From: Octopus sinensis
Taxonomy: Eukaryota
Length of the DNA stretch: 64,000 bases
NCBI RefSeq assembly: GCF_006345805.1
Contig: NC_043008.1
Coordinates: 28,768,001 to 28,832,000, forward strand
Direction of reading: 5' to 3'
In this document: in pieces, positions 25,807 through 39,106 of the stretch
Numbering within the stretch: the first letter of the stretch is position 1
Layout: every line of letters starts with the position of its first letter
Program-made: the position numbers and the translations under genes
Notes under the pieces: model-generated
Database searches by the model: none
What the model was told of the DNA's origin: nothing
The model's input: only the letters and a program-made list of their open reading frames with translations

Positions 25807-26055
25807 TATTTCTTTATTACCCACAAGGGGCTAAACACAGAGGGAGACAAACAAGGACAGACATAGCTATTAAGTCGATTACATCGACCCCAGTGCGTAA
25901 CTGGTACTTAATTTATCGACCCCGAAAGGATGAAAGGCAAAGTCGACCTCGGCGGAATTTGAACTCACAACGTAACGACAGACGAAATACCGTTAAGCAT
26001 TTCGCCCGGCGTGCTAACTTTTCTGCCAGCTCACCGCCTTAATAATAATAATTTA
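25807..26055 (-). mobile_element. SINE family A variant inserted in the LINE, 16-bp TSD
   Basis: Reverse complement begins aaggcggtgagctggcagaa..; TSD agcttccttaaatact at 25791-25806 and 26056-26071. Confidence 0.92.
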
Positions 26056-27264
26056 AGCTTCCTTAAATACTGAGAACAGTATTTTGTTTTGCTCGTGTGT
26101 TGCCGCTATTTGTATCAGTTTTCCTTCCTTCTGAAGTAGATATTTTTTGCAGTCCCATGGTGGTTATTTTATAATAGTTTTCCAGCTGTATAAGGCCTCT
26201 ACCACCTTCTATACGTTGTATATATAGTCTTTCTATGTCAGATTTTGGGTGACGCATCCTAGATCCTGTCATTATTTTTCTTGTTTTCCTATCTATTTTG
26301 GTCAGATCATTTAGTGTCCAGTAAAGGATATTGTAGCTGTAGGTTATAACTAGGACGGCTAAAGTGTTAATACCTATTATCTTGTTTTTAGCATTGAGCT
26401 CTGTTTTAGTATTCATCTAACTCGTCTATAATATTCTTTTTTTATTTTCTCTTTCATTTGTGAGTGTTGTATCTTATCTAGTTCACGGATTCCTAAGTAT
26501 TTGTAAGGTTGGCTTTGGTCTAAATCTTTTATTTCATTGGTTTTATCTAGTGTGATTTTGCGACTATTAACTAGTTTTCCTCTTTTCATGGTTACTTTGG
26601 CGCATTTTTCTAATCCAAATTTCATATCTATTTCTTTGGTAATTCCATGGGATATCTTTAATAGTGTTTCCAGCTGTTTGTCAGTTGCAGCTTAAAATTT
26701 TAGGTCATCCATATATAAAAGGTGGCTGATCGTTTTGCCGTAACATTAATATCCGCATCCAGTTCTATTTAGCATATCAGATAGACGTGACAGTACCAAG
26801 CAGAAAAGGAGTGGAGAGAGCGTGTCTCCCTGGAATATTCCTGTTCTATTGGTGATGTCTTTGATTTTCCTGAGTCCCTTTTTTGTTTGGAGCTATAGCA
26901 CTGTTTGCCATTTATTCATAGAGTGCCCTATGAATTTTATGAATGTTGGTGCTACTTTGATAATGCCTAGTGTTTCGAGAATCCATGTGTGGTGGATGCT
27001 ATCAAACGCCTTTTTGTAGTCGATCCCGGCCATACTGAGGCCTTTCTTCTTTCTGTGGCTGTCTTCAGTTATGGCTTTATTAATCATTAGTTGATCTTTA
27101 CAGCCATATGAGTCTTTGTGGCATCCTTTCTACTCTTCTGGAAACAGGTTGTTTTCGTCCAGTTGCTTGTTCAACCTTTGCGATATCACTGCAGTAAATG
27201 CCCTGTACATTGTAGGGAGACAGGTTATTGGTCTGTAGTTTTCTGGTTTTGCTGTCTCATTTGA

Positions 27265-27416
27265 TTTGGGAATTAAGATGGTTTTCCCCTTCGTAAGCCA
27301 TTCAGGTATTGTCTCTGGCTCTGCTAGTATGTTGTTAAAGTTTGGGAATTAAGATGGTTTTCCCCTTCATGAGCCATTGAGGCATTGTCTCTGGCTCTGC
27401 CAGTATGTTGTTAAAA
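27265..27416. repeat. 76-bp tandem duplication inside the LINE
   Basis: Units start at 27265 and 27341 (tttgggaattaagatggttttcccc..), about 6 differences. Confidence 0.9.
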
Positions 27417-28102
27417 TTTTCAGCCAGCTTTTTATGCATTCCTGTTAGATATTTCAACCAGAAGTTGGGGATCTTGTCATGCCCAGGTGCCTTCCAGTTG
27501 CTTAGTCTTTGCAGTGCCTGGGTGACCTCTTCAGTTTTTATGGGGGTCCAAAGTTGCTCAGATGCTGAGTGTGTTGTTTTAATATTCCTTTTTTTTTGGT
27601 TGTTCGTTCGCCCACCATATTTCTCTCCAGAATTCTTCCACTTCTTCTGCCGTTGGTGCTGCAGTGATTTCTATTTTATTTTTGTCAAGTTCTTGGTAGA
27701 ACTTTTTGGGGTTGGATTTGAACGTTTTGTTTTGTTCAAAGAAGCGTTGGCGTATCTCGTACCGGCGGATCCTTTGTGCTTTGGCAAGGATATTTTGCTT
27801 TAGTTTTTCTTTTATCTCAGGTAAATCTTTTTCAGTGATGTTATATTTGCGGAGTATTTTTGTTTTCTTTTTGTTGCTCAGTAGGTTTGATTGTCTACTG
27901 ATTTCATTAAGAATCGACAGATCTTTTCTAATTTTTTGTATTTTGTTTCGGATGTTATTTATTCACAGGGTTTGTTTGGGTGGTGGTACTCCTGTGTAGA
28001 TGGGTTTGAGTGAGTATCCAGCTTCTTTTGTGGCTGCAATGGCTGCTTCGTATACTAAGTCATTTAGCTCAGTGATATCGCTTTTTGTTTCAGTGGCTAT
28101 TA

Positions 28103-28190
<88 letters not shown>

Positions 28191-28200
28191 TATTATTATT
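28103..28200. repeat. (TTA)n microsatellite
   Basis: Direct. Confidence 0.95.
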
Positions 28201-28319
28201 ATTTCACATTCGCACAACAGATTAGACTGTTTCAAAAGAAAAAAAGTCTTAACATCAAGCTACATAAGTAGCGTTGCATTCTAGCTGTCCCAAATAGCAT
28301 TGTTTTCTGGAGCTCTAAA

Positions 28320-28711
28320 TATACTTCAACTCAATGTGACAGTCTCGTAAGGGAACTACACCACCGCCATTTAGCCCTAGGAAACATCGACGTCTCCTGT
28401 TCTGCTTTGACACATTTTCAGTGTCTCTATATTTCCAGAGGGGAAGCAATCACTCCCGCCAACTGGGACTATGCACCTGAAGACATATGTTTCTGAGTCT
28501 ATTGCTCGTTGTCAGTTCAGGGTAGCCTGTCTCGTTTGCTGAGATGACTGCACCTTCTTCACAAATATATCATATTATCAGTAAAATTTATTTACTGATC
28601 ACCGAAATTAGGAAAATGTGTCAAAGCCGACGGGAGACTTCGATTTTTCCTAGGGCTAAATGGCGGTGGTGTAGTTCCCTTACGGGACTGTCACATTGAG
28701 TTGACAGTATA
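28320..28711. mobile_element. MITE with about 100-bp TIRs and TA ends
   Basis: tcaactcaatgtgacagtctcgtaagggaactacaccaccgccatttagccctagg..ttgacacattttc (about 28326-28419) is the inverse of 28612-28704. Confidence 0.85.
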
Positions 28712-28749
28712 CGACCAGTATATCGCTCCACCACCGCTTATGTCTCTCT

Positions 28750-29600
28750 GAGACATTTAGAAATTAAATATTTCTAAATAAACTTCGTTTTACGTCTATT
28801 TCCTCTATCCATCTGTTCAAATATTGAAGGACAATTCCTAATGCATACAGGGATACATTTCACCCGCACTTTCCATAATCACTATAACTCTATGAGTAGG
28901 TTCTGGTACTTTACTATTTTCTCTAATTCTCTTATATTGACTTTGTATCTGTCACTTTCTATTCCCTTTGTCTACCACTACTAAATTAGACCGTCTATCT
29001 TCTATTACTCCATCCGTTCAAATGGCGAAGTTCCACAACATCTTATATTTCTTACTTTTTAGAAATTTGATACGTTCATGTTCATAGCAGTATGGTCAAA
29101 TCAGTATGATCAAATCCAGTAGGAATCATATCAGTATGGTCAAATCCTAGTCTTCTACATAAATCTCAGTGGATTACTCGTCCTACATTTTTATGTCATT
29201 TCTTGTATTCTTTCGGTGCCAACATGCCACATTCACTTAATATATGAGTAACACTTTCACCCTTTTATTAATATAATCTACATTGAGAAGCTACCTGGTT
29301 TCTCACTAATTAGTCCTCATTGCATGATCTTAGGCTGCTACTTAGAAACTTTCTCTCTCCCTGTTCAGCCTCTATTCTTTATCCATAACCACGTCCCACT
29401 AGCATTAATTCTTGCAACTATTTTGCAAATATTTGAGAAACTACCATGAAAAGCCTTCTCCTGCCAGTCAGATAACTTTTGCTTATTTTTCAGCTTTTAA
29501 CTTTGTTTACATTTTTGGTTTTCCTATGTCATACTGCGACTCTAGCATCTCAATAAACTTCCTTCGTCATTAACTCTAATATTTGCCGATGCTGTCTTAG
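28750..29600 (-). mobile_element. Heavily degenerate R4/Dong-like C-terminal fragment
   Basis: Minus translation WQEKAFHG...ECGMLAPKEYKK*HKNVGRVIH*DLC matches the EYKxRHD..IHW motif. Confidence 0.65.
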
Positions 29601-30189
29601 GATAAAAACTGTGGTCAGTCTGCATTTTTCTAAACCATTGCACGCGAGGGACCTTCCGCAAGAGGTCCGGCCTAATTTATGCTGTTACCACCATATTTTC
29701 TTGACAATCTCTTGTCTCTCATAAAGTGAGGTAAAGCGGTTTTCGTCACTATTATTATTATTCGACATCTGATAGTTTCATGCAACTTTCTATTATATAA
29801 CTGAGGCTGAGGTGAGTGCAGCATTTCCCCCCGTTTCGGACATATAATATTGCATCAATATGATTTGTTATGGGGTTTGGTTTCAGTTGTATTACTGTTT
29901 CTATTGTGTGTTGTTTGTGCTATGCATGATGCGTTCTCCTGTTGGGTATTTGGCTCCTAGAGCGGATTTTGTTCATTTTGTTCGTTTTACTAGGCATTTA
30001 GCATTCAAGTTTATTCGTTTATATTTCTGAAAGTCTTTTACATTGTAATATGCGTAAATAATTTCATTGTAATCATTGCTATCTGTCCATCGCAGATGTA
30101 GTTTTGGTACAGAGATATTGCAGTCCACGTGTTTAAATTTTCACGCACGATATGTTGTGGCGGAGCAATCTGAGGGAAGCTATTTTCCT

Positions 30190-30190
30190 A

Positions 30191-30242
<52 letters not shown>

Positions 30243-30270
30243 CACACACATATATATATATATATTATAT

Positions 30271-30306
<36 letters not shown>

Positions 30307-30310
30307 CATA
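30190..30310. repeat. (TA)n/(CA)n microsatellite
   Basis: Direct. Confidence 0.9.
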
Positions 30311-30479
30311 AGGAAAAAAATTCTATTTCCTGAGAAGACTAACATTAAAACAGTTTTCTTTTTTTTGTGGATATTTAATTCCTGCTTCACGATCCTTTCA
30401 GATTTGTTCTATCTTCCCGGGCAAATTGACATCCCACGCATATGTGGTTTGCTATTCGCTACTATTGTTGTTTTTGTTG

Positions 30480-30620
30480 TTAGTACTACTACTGCTACCG
30501 CCACCACCACCACCACCACCACCACCACTACTACTATTAAAACTGCTACTTGCACTGCTGCTGTTACTACTACTACTACTACTACTACTACTATTATTAT
30601 TATTATTATTATTATTATTA
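30480..30620. repeat. Compound (CTA)n/(CCA)n/(TTA)n microsatellite
   Basis: Direct; the TTA part abuts the 3' end of the LINE. Confidence 0.9.
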
Positions 30621-33600
30621 GTTTGCCTTTTGCATAAAATTTATACAAGTTGACGCCAAGTCTCACCCAGAAAACTCAAGAGACAACTAAACAGAAGTTC
30701 AAGGTGGCGTTATTCCTACAGTGTCATATATTCGGTTTTGCATATTGTATTTTTTGAGACTATGGTTAAGAAGAAATAATAAACTAACTTTGTTTTAAAA
30801 TTTGAGATTACATAAACAGTATTTTACGTAGGATATGGGCAGTTCTCCTGGGCACCATCACTTGAATTTCTGCTATTTTGGGGTTCCAAGTATAGAAGCA
30901 TGGTAGGAATCAACCCCTTTTGCTATCATTGCTAGGGGACTTATGACAACAGGTCATGTTTTAATCTTTAGGTTCAACATTTTGCCAACGTCTATTTCGA
31001 GATCCTTACACTTGCTCAGATTTTGGCAGGTCATGTGAGATACTTTTATGTCGATTGGGACAGTCTTATCAATTAGGTAGAATGAATTTTGTCTGAAATC
31101 GTTCAATATAATATTTTGCTATCAGTGTGAGCGGTGAACTTCCCGCGGAGTGAGAGGTGATCATTTTTATGCACTGGAGGTGGTTTGTTTTCCCACCAGT
31201 TTTTATCATGGGACAGGTGCAGGTTTTTAAAAATTACCCAGTGAATATACTGTGTTTCTCTATCATGCCTGTTAAGATACTCTATAGACGCTAGAAGTCT
31301 GCAAATTGAGACAACGTAATCAATGGTTCCATTTTCTTGTTTACATACGCGACATTTTAGGCTACTGCCATTCTTTAATATGTTGCCGTGGTAGCTCCTT
31401 GTAGGTAGGCAGTGATCATAGGCTGCTATGATAAACCCTTTTGTTTCGGATTCTAATCTAGATGACGCTAAACATTAATGGATAAATGTTTTGTCAACAT
31501 CGGCATTATTATCTCTCTTTGGGTATTTGCCATTGAGAGGTTTTTCTTGTCATTTATCAGTAAGAATATCTAAGCCAGCAGTTTTAACACGGGTTTTCAT
31601 GCACTTAGCTTTTTCTGTGCTCTTTTCAAGTACGTCTAATTCTGAGATATGTTTTATTTGGAATTCACTTAGATATTCCTTTGCCTGTTTTAGTACTGAT
31701 TATGATGCTTTCTTGTTTTGGGGCTTTGAGACAAGTTTTATCACCCAGTCGTCAATGTTTTTCAAGTAAATGTTTCGGCCAATTGTGGCAATCTTCATTG
31801 TTAATTCCGCTTGTAAAAGTACACGGCCGCCCTCTTTTCTTGGCAGGTAACTTCTCTCTATATCTGCCTTAGGGTGCTGCATTATATGCATTGTCAACAC
31901 TTTTCGTATTTTTCCGTCACAATTACATATTTAAATAATTGATCTGTTAAAGATTTTGAAACTCCGGTATGGCTAAAACATTGGTTGCTTCTATCTTATT
32001 TCTTCCGTTCAGCTCCATTTTGAGTATTGCTTTTAACTTTCGATAACGTCCTCTTCTTATCCTTTCACTTACTATTGAATGTTCGATTGCATCATCTTCA
32101 AATACCCTAGGTATTTGTAGCTCTACGTTGGTTCTAGCTTCTTTATGACATTCTGCTGATCAAGATTGCCGTTGTATGTTTCTGTCATTTTTCCTTTGAT
32201 AAAGGTAGCTTTTTCATATTTATCGAGGTCAAATTGCATCCCATCTTGATGTCATCAGTGAATGGTTTAACAATTGCTAGTAAGCCCTGTAGTTGTTGGT
32301 CATTTTTTATAAAGACCGTTAAATCATTCATGTAAAGAGATGTTTTATATTTTTATCAAACATTTCATAGCCATATTGTACGTCATCGAGCAATTTCGAG
32401 AGTGGTATTAAGGGTAGACAAAAGAGAAAATCTCATAGAGAGTCACCCTGGAAAATGCCACATGAAACTCTTACATTTCCAGCATTGACAGATTCATTTT
32501 CACTGTTGAAAATCAATGTCGTTCTCGATTATCTCATACTTACAGAGAAGTTTCACAGAGTAGGTGCTATTTTACACATTTCCAGAATTTCTTAATGCAG
32601 CTATGTGGTAGACTATCAGAAGAATTTTTATAGTCTAACCCGGCTCTCGACAAGTTTAGTGTCGTTTCTGACAATCTTCCAAGATCATCTTATTAATGAG
32701 TAGCTGGTCTTTACGACCATATGACCCATTTTTGCATCATTTTCTCTCATTAAGTAATATGACACATTCTATTAAAAAAACTGTAGTTATATTCAATTAA
32801 AACAGCTGTCAATATTTTATACATCGTTGTTAAGCAGGTTAAGGATCTATAAAGTTTTGGTTCATTTGTTTCTTTATTATTTTTTTTTTAAAGTAAGAAT
32901 GTAACATTAATTATCCAAGATGGAATCATACTAGTTTGTTGCAAAACATTTTTGTAAAGTTTTGTTGGCAGTTCATGGCTCTCTTGGAAGATATTCAACC
33001 AGAAGTTATGGATTTTATCCTTTCTTGGAGATTCCACTTGCTTAACAGGATAAGAACAGATTTTACATCTTCTACCTTGATAACATCCCAATTTTGTTCT
33101 TCCAAAGAGTCTAAGTCTGTAGATATTCTATCAATCCAAGAAGGATTTTTATTGTGTGTTTCTTCTTCTGCCCCAAATTTATTCCAAACTTCCTGCACTA
33201 CTTCTTTTGTTGGGACACATTTTCTGTAACTGTTATTTTCTTTATATTCTTGTAAAACTCTCTGGGTTATTTTTGAAGAATCTAACTCGCTTTTCATACA
33301 GTGCCATGCGGGCAGCTTTAGCACTTAACTTTTGCTTGATAGTTTCTATGGTGGTATCTAATATGGTGTTCATATACTTTTTCTTTAATTTTCGAATTTT
33401 TTGGTTTGATAGTCTTGTCAAATTTAACGTATTTTTAGACATTCTCTGTCAGATCTACGTAGTTGAATGTGGTGTTGCATATGCTCTTGCCAAGTAGGCT
33501 TTTAGTGGGAATGTTGTCATTTTCTAATCTTTTTACAACAGAATCGTTGAGATCTCCGCTGATGCATAGTACAGGTAAATGATATCTGTAATATCAACAG

Positions 33601-34560
33601 CATTAGCTAAAATTATATCCTTAAGCGCAAGGCGGATTTTATTTTCAGGTTTGTCTATAGTTGCGAATGTTTGGGAGAGTGTCACGTTCATTCATACTCG
33701 TTTCTTGAATTTCCGGCCATTCAATCATGATTTGAATTTTTTTAGATCATCCTGTTCAACTGGGTCGATTTGTGTGTGAATTTATTCAGCTATTTGATTT
33801 TTATATTTGTGGTTGGTTCAGGGAGTATTTAAATTTCTCAGTTGCATTGACTCTTTCTATCAATACTGTATATTCATCAAACCTGGATTGGTCTAAAAAT
33901 ATTTCTTCGGTAGTATCTTCGTCAGCTGCAAATTCATTCCCTTTATCCATTACTGATTGTTTAATTCGGTCAATCTCTAGTTCAGTCAGTAATTTCTTTT
34001 CCATGTTTCTTCTGACGTTGTCAAGTTTGTTACTGTCCGTGTACAAACTTACTTCAAGATGTTTCTGTCTCCAGTTTAAGTAGATTTGTTAGGCATTAGA
34101 TTTATTTGCGGGGAAATCCATTGCATGATAGATGACCTTAAGAACTTCTTTATTATCTCCCTTAGACCATTTATCATTCTTTTTCCTTTGATTATTTGAT
34201 GACGAGCATGGATGGCCATATGTTGGAATATTTCGGATGTGGGGTACTTTCAGCTCCTGTGTTACGGGAAGATTGGAATCAGTAGCAGATTTTTCGTACC
34301 CAGTCTGATTCCTCAATGGGGTGCGTGGCCATTGTTGGTGATCCGGCTGACGGCCGATCTGGTTTGTATTTTGCTTCGTTATCATTGTCGCATGACGAGC
34401 TTGGACGTTGATATTTGGGGCGGATCTGTGTGATACGGTAAATATCTTGAGGCAACACCACCTCCGAGTTTTCTGAATAAAAAAAAATTGCTCGTAACTT
34501 CTTAATGCTAACAGATCTGTATTTGTCTGTATTTATTATTATATATTTATCGCCGGGCAT
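30621..34560 (-). mobile_element. Near full-length but frameshifted R4/Dong-like retrotransposon (lineage B); 5' UTR may extend to about 35125
   Basis: 3' end homologous to 5238-5450 (caagtctcacccaga..ctcaagagacaac); GIFQGDSL, GGRVLLQ and CRVCK motifs; N-terminal KWSKGDNKEVLK and LLTELEIDRIKQ motifs. Confidence 0.85.
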
Positions 34561-35122
34561 AGTATTTTTGAGGCGTTTTTAAACTTATGAATTGTTCACC
34601 TTGTCTGTGTTAGTTCGCAAATAAATAAAATGGTTTTGCTATATCATCTTACTTTGTGTCACATGCTTTCATATGTGTGTATATGTTACCGATAAATTTC
34701 ACGTAATTGCGTAAACATTTAGTTGTATGTGTAGTCCTATGGGTATTAAAATGTATATATGATTGTGTAGACATTCGAGTGTATGCATAGTTAAACAATT
34801 TACGTACTTGCTGTTTTGTTCCATTAATAATTTATAATTTGTAAACTTTCCGATGTTGATTTCGCATGTGTCTTTCGCACATGTTTCACCGAGACATCGT
34901 GCAGGGGAGAACCCGTGCTTTGTATAGCAGTATAATTTCGTTTTTGCGATTAATTTCGTTAAAATACCGCTTCCTTCAAGTCTTCCACAGGTTCATTCAT
35001 CCCATTCCACCGATTTTATAGGATTAGTCTTGATTTTGTATGGAGAGCCCTGTGTAGCACATCTAAGTTGTTATTCAGCACGGAGCTCCTCTTCTACATG
35101 AAGAGCCACGTGTAGCACATCC

Positions 35123-35175
35123 GTGTTGTTGTTGTTGTTGTTGTTCTTCTTCTTCTTCTTCTTCTCTTCTTCTTC

Positions 35176-35249
<74 letters not shown>

Positions 35250-35600
35250 TGTATTATTATTATTATTATTGTTGTTGTTGTTGTTATTATTATTATCATT
35301 AATATTATTATTATCATTAAGATGAGGTTATGAAAGATCATTACGACTACGATGACATTGATGATGACAGTTACCGTAATGGTGGTGATGATAATGATGA
35401 TGAGGAGATGGAGTGGAGGAGGAAGATGTGGAAGATGATGATGATGATGCTCATGATGATCATGATGATGATGATGATGATGATCATGATGATTATAATT
35501 ATGATGATAATGATGATGATCATGATGGTGATGGTGATGGTGATGGTGATGGTGATGTTGTGATGGCGTTGTTGTGATGGCGTTCAAGACGACGACGATC
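35123..35600. repeat. Long compound trinucleotide array (GTT)(CTT)(TTA)(GAT)(GGTGAT)
   Basis: Direct; source of the poly-H/I/M ORFs. Confidence 0.95.
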
Positions 35601-36279
35601 TCAATAATTCAGATGACGTTGACTTTGACAACAACGAGTGGCAGTGGTGAAGGGAGGCAGGCAGAACAAATATTGATAACCGCTGTTTCATGATTATTTT
35701 ATGATGATATGAATGTTCCAATTCAATCGTTGTTTAGTTTTTTCGTAAGCCAGCATACATCAAACATAAATTATTTAAAATGTTTTTTATATCTTCCCTA
35801 AAAGTTATATGTATATACTCTGTTTTTTTCTAATGGGAAGTTTGTTTTATCTTACATAAAGATAAAAGACAGATATGTTTTCATAGGATGACTAAAGGTA
35901 CTTCGTGCTATCTCTTCAATGAGTTGCTGAAGTGTAATTCAAATTTAATTGGTGGCAAGCCGTGACAGACTTTTCAGAATATTAGAGGTTAATTTTATAC
36001 TATTTCATTTGATTGCATTAGCATGAGAGACATCAAAAATGTTTTGCCTGTTAATACATCTGGAACAGGATTCTAGAAATGAATTCCGTTTAACCTCCGT
36101 CTGTTCACTGAAGATACATTTTATGCTTAACTTAAAGGGTCAATATACGACTGTTGTTAAAGCGGAGACTTTAACAACACTGGTCAATCTCTTATTTCAA
36201 CTGATGTCTAACGACTTCAACTTGAGGGACGTTTTAAATCAAAGTACACTCTGTTTTTCTGCGAAGCATAAAAAACAAC

Positions 36280-36282
<3 letters not shown>

Positions 36283-36347
<65 letters not shown>

Positions 36348-36350
36348 ATG
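36283..36350. repeat. (TA)n(TG)n microsatellite
   Basis: Direct. Confidence 0.95.
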
Positions 36351-38884
36351 TAATAGAAACACACGAACATTCGTTCACTTGTGTACATACACACATAGGT
36401 GTGATAGGAGTGAGCATCTTTCTATACAATTGGGTGTCGTGTACGAAACTCAAGAAAGGGAAATAGGTGATAAAAATTTGGAATATATTATTGAACCAAA
36501 ATCTAAAATCATTATAGAATGCACATACGAAATTATAGGTGCTAGTTAGATAGCAAACATTGTAAAGGCTAGAACAAGCTATATTCCAAAACAAATTACA
36601 TTTAAATTACTACTCCCAGAACTGATAAAGGAAACAAAAAAGCGGTAGGTGAGTTACACTTCACAAAATGTTTTAAAAGTGATGCTGCTCTTTTCACCAT
36701 GTGATTAAATTCAAAAACATCTTCGCGCTAACTTACAGCATGATGTAACAATAATTATCTAACGATACAATCAAAAGACGTGATAAATGTTACAATCGTG
36801 GTGGAAACAATACTGGATCCCCACAAAGTGTGCATCTATGTATGAAAACAAATTAAGAAATTAGTAATTGAAACCAAGCTTAATATATAAAGAGAAAATT
36901 ATCTGAAAATCAAGAAATTGTTATCAGCATATGTGTATATATATATAATGGAACGAAGCTAAAATAGAATACAATGCAACTCTGATTTAAAATATTCATT
37001 GCAATAAAAGTATTAAGAAACTATGTATTATATATTCAATTATAATGTAAATCAATAAACAAATTAAAGTACATTTTAAAAGATGGAGATATTCTAAAAT
37101 AAGTACTATCTAAAAGATGTATGTAACTTAATCACAACGGAAGCAACATGCCTTCAGGAGGAGTTGAAAAGAAACAAATTACACCAAGGATACATATTCA
37201 GCTAAATTCTCTACCGATTGATCTGGAAATATTATATTTATCCCAATGAGATTAATACTAAATGGCATAAATCTTGTAGAATATCCATTTAAATTTCCTT
37301 GACACGAATGAATTTATAAAAATTAAAGCAGAATGCAATAGAAAAGGTTGAGAACATGAGTTACTTGTCAAAGGAAAGATGTGAATAAATGCTTCCATTA
37401 ATTTAGAAACAAAAAGTTGTTGAAATCTCGGAAGAATATGTATATATATTTAAGTGGTTATACAGCACGTCTGAAAATATCACTGAACACATTTACGACT
37501 AAATCGTTGAAAATTCCGCGTTAAAAACAAACAACAAAATGGCTAGAAAATGATTCCAGAACATAAATTAATAATTCATACCATGGAGGAGTCGTTGTAA
37601 CAATGAAGAAAATATATCATATAAAATTGATCGTAGATCAATTTTAAAATTCATTTCTTCAGGATCTTTCAGAAAAAAAAATTTAACAAATTTCGAAAAT
37701 TTATGTAAACCTGAAATCAACTTTAACTGAAGAGGGATTTACGTTCTAAAAATATTCTATGTTTAAAGAAGGAAATTTATGAACTGTTAAAATTCCTAAA
37801 TATAATTATATTTATAACAGCTTGATGAATTTCAATATATTTATGTAAAAACGGAGAAATTTCGTTTCATTATAGGACTAACATTTCCCACATATTGTAG
37901 TCTTTGATTATTCTATTTCTAGAACGTCATTTTGTAATCCTAAGCGTAAACTTGTTTCCAGTCTAATCAAGAATGACTTACACTTTTTAAAATCCCATTC
38001 CACAAAATGGAAATAACCAAACTGACTAAATTAATTTCGATGAGACGAAATTCCACACAAATATTCTGCCTGAACTAAGATTTGAGAACATACATGTCTT
38101 GTAAAATAAATGAATAGCTTTATCATTAAAATCATTCAATGTGCAGGTGTGCCTCATTTTTTTCTGCCGTATGGCATAAAAATAGTTAATATGTCTGCTA
38201 CTATTATGGCATAGAAATGAATATTTTTTTTATAAACCAGTAGAATGAAGGACCAATGAGGCATTCACAAAAATACGATATAGATATATACAGTTCTTGT
38301 TATAGGGACAATTCATCTTCCTCTATTTCAGAAATTCAAATGATCCAAGGATCAATTTGTAGTAAGGAATTTAGCATCAAGCGATCCGTAGTGAATATAA
38401 AAAACAGTTTTCGGGGACAGTTATGGTTTGTTGAGACGGAAGTTCTTCTAGACTTTGTAGTTCATGGCAGTAACTAGAGTTGCCGAATATTCTAATACGA
38501 ATACAAGAGTCAAGGAGGGGATATTGTCGCAAGTAGGTACATAGAAGATTCAATCACAATGTTTAGAAAGCAACCTGCTTTCCCTCTTGGTTGTACACGT
38601 TTTGCGATCTGATGCTTTACGCTTTTTGAAAGAATTAGATTCATTATACCGTTTGATACTTCTTTCAATCACCTATTTGTTGAGCATTTCAGTTTTCTTG
38701 CCATTTTAATTTTGAGGAATCCTTCAGAGGAAAATGCAATTATTGAGCCCTTGTAGCGTCAAGAAGCTGTTTATTCAGAGATATTTTCAACAAATATTAA
38801 CCTCTGATAGTAATCAATAAGATATTCACTGAATAATAGGAAAAAAACAGCGTTTGTGCTACCTGCTTCATAATTTTGATCAAG

Positions 38885-38928
38885 GATATATATATATATA
38901 TATAAGGAGAGAGAAAGAGACGGAGACT

Positions 38929-38973
<45 letters not shown>

Positions 38974-38995
38974 GGGGAGATGGATAGATGGATGG

Positions 38996-39054
<59 letters not shown>

Positions 39055-39056
39055 AT

Positions 39057-39105
<49 letters not shown>
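38885..39105. repeat. (TA)n/(GATA)n compound microsatellite
   Basis: Direct. Confidence 0.9.

Positions 39106-39106
<1 letters not shown>

Larger units (their letters stand above)
24783..28102 (-). mobile_element. R4/Dong-like non-LTR retrotransposon (lineage C), 5'-truncated, 3' end intact, interrupted by a SINE
   Basis: DYKKAFDS, GIFQGDTLSPLLFCL, YMDDLKF, GGRGLIQL, CRICG..ETINHIISGC..HRHDRV..IHW, KANRPDIVV..LIDVSIP..GTAHILRR; TTA arrays at both ends. Confidence 0.92.

Noticed and set aside
38332-38532. Exon with good acceptor (cttcctctatttcag) and donor
   Set aside because: All three frames contain stops
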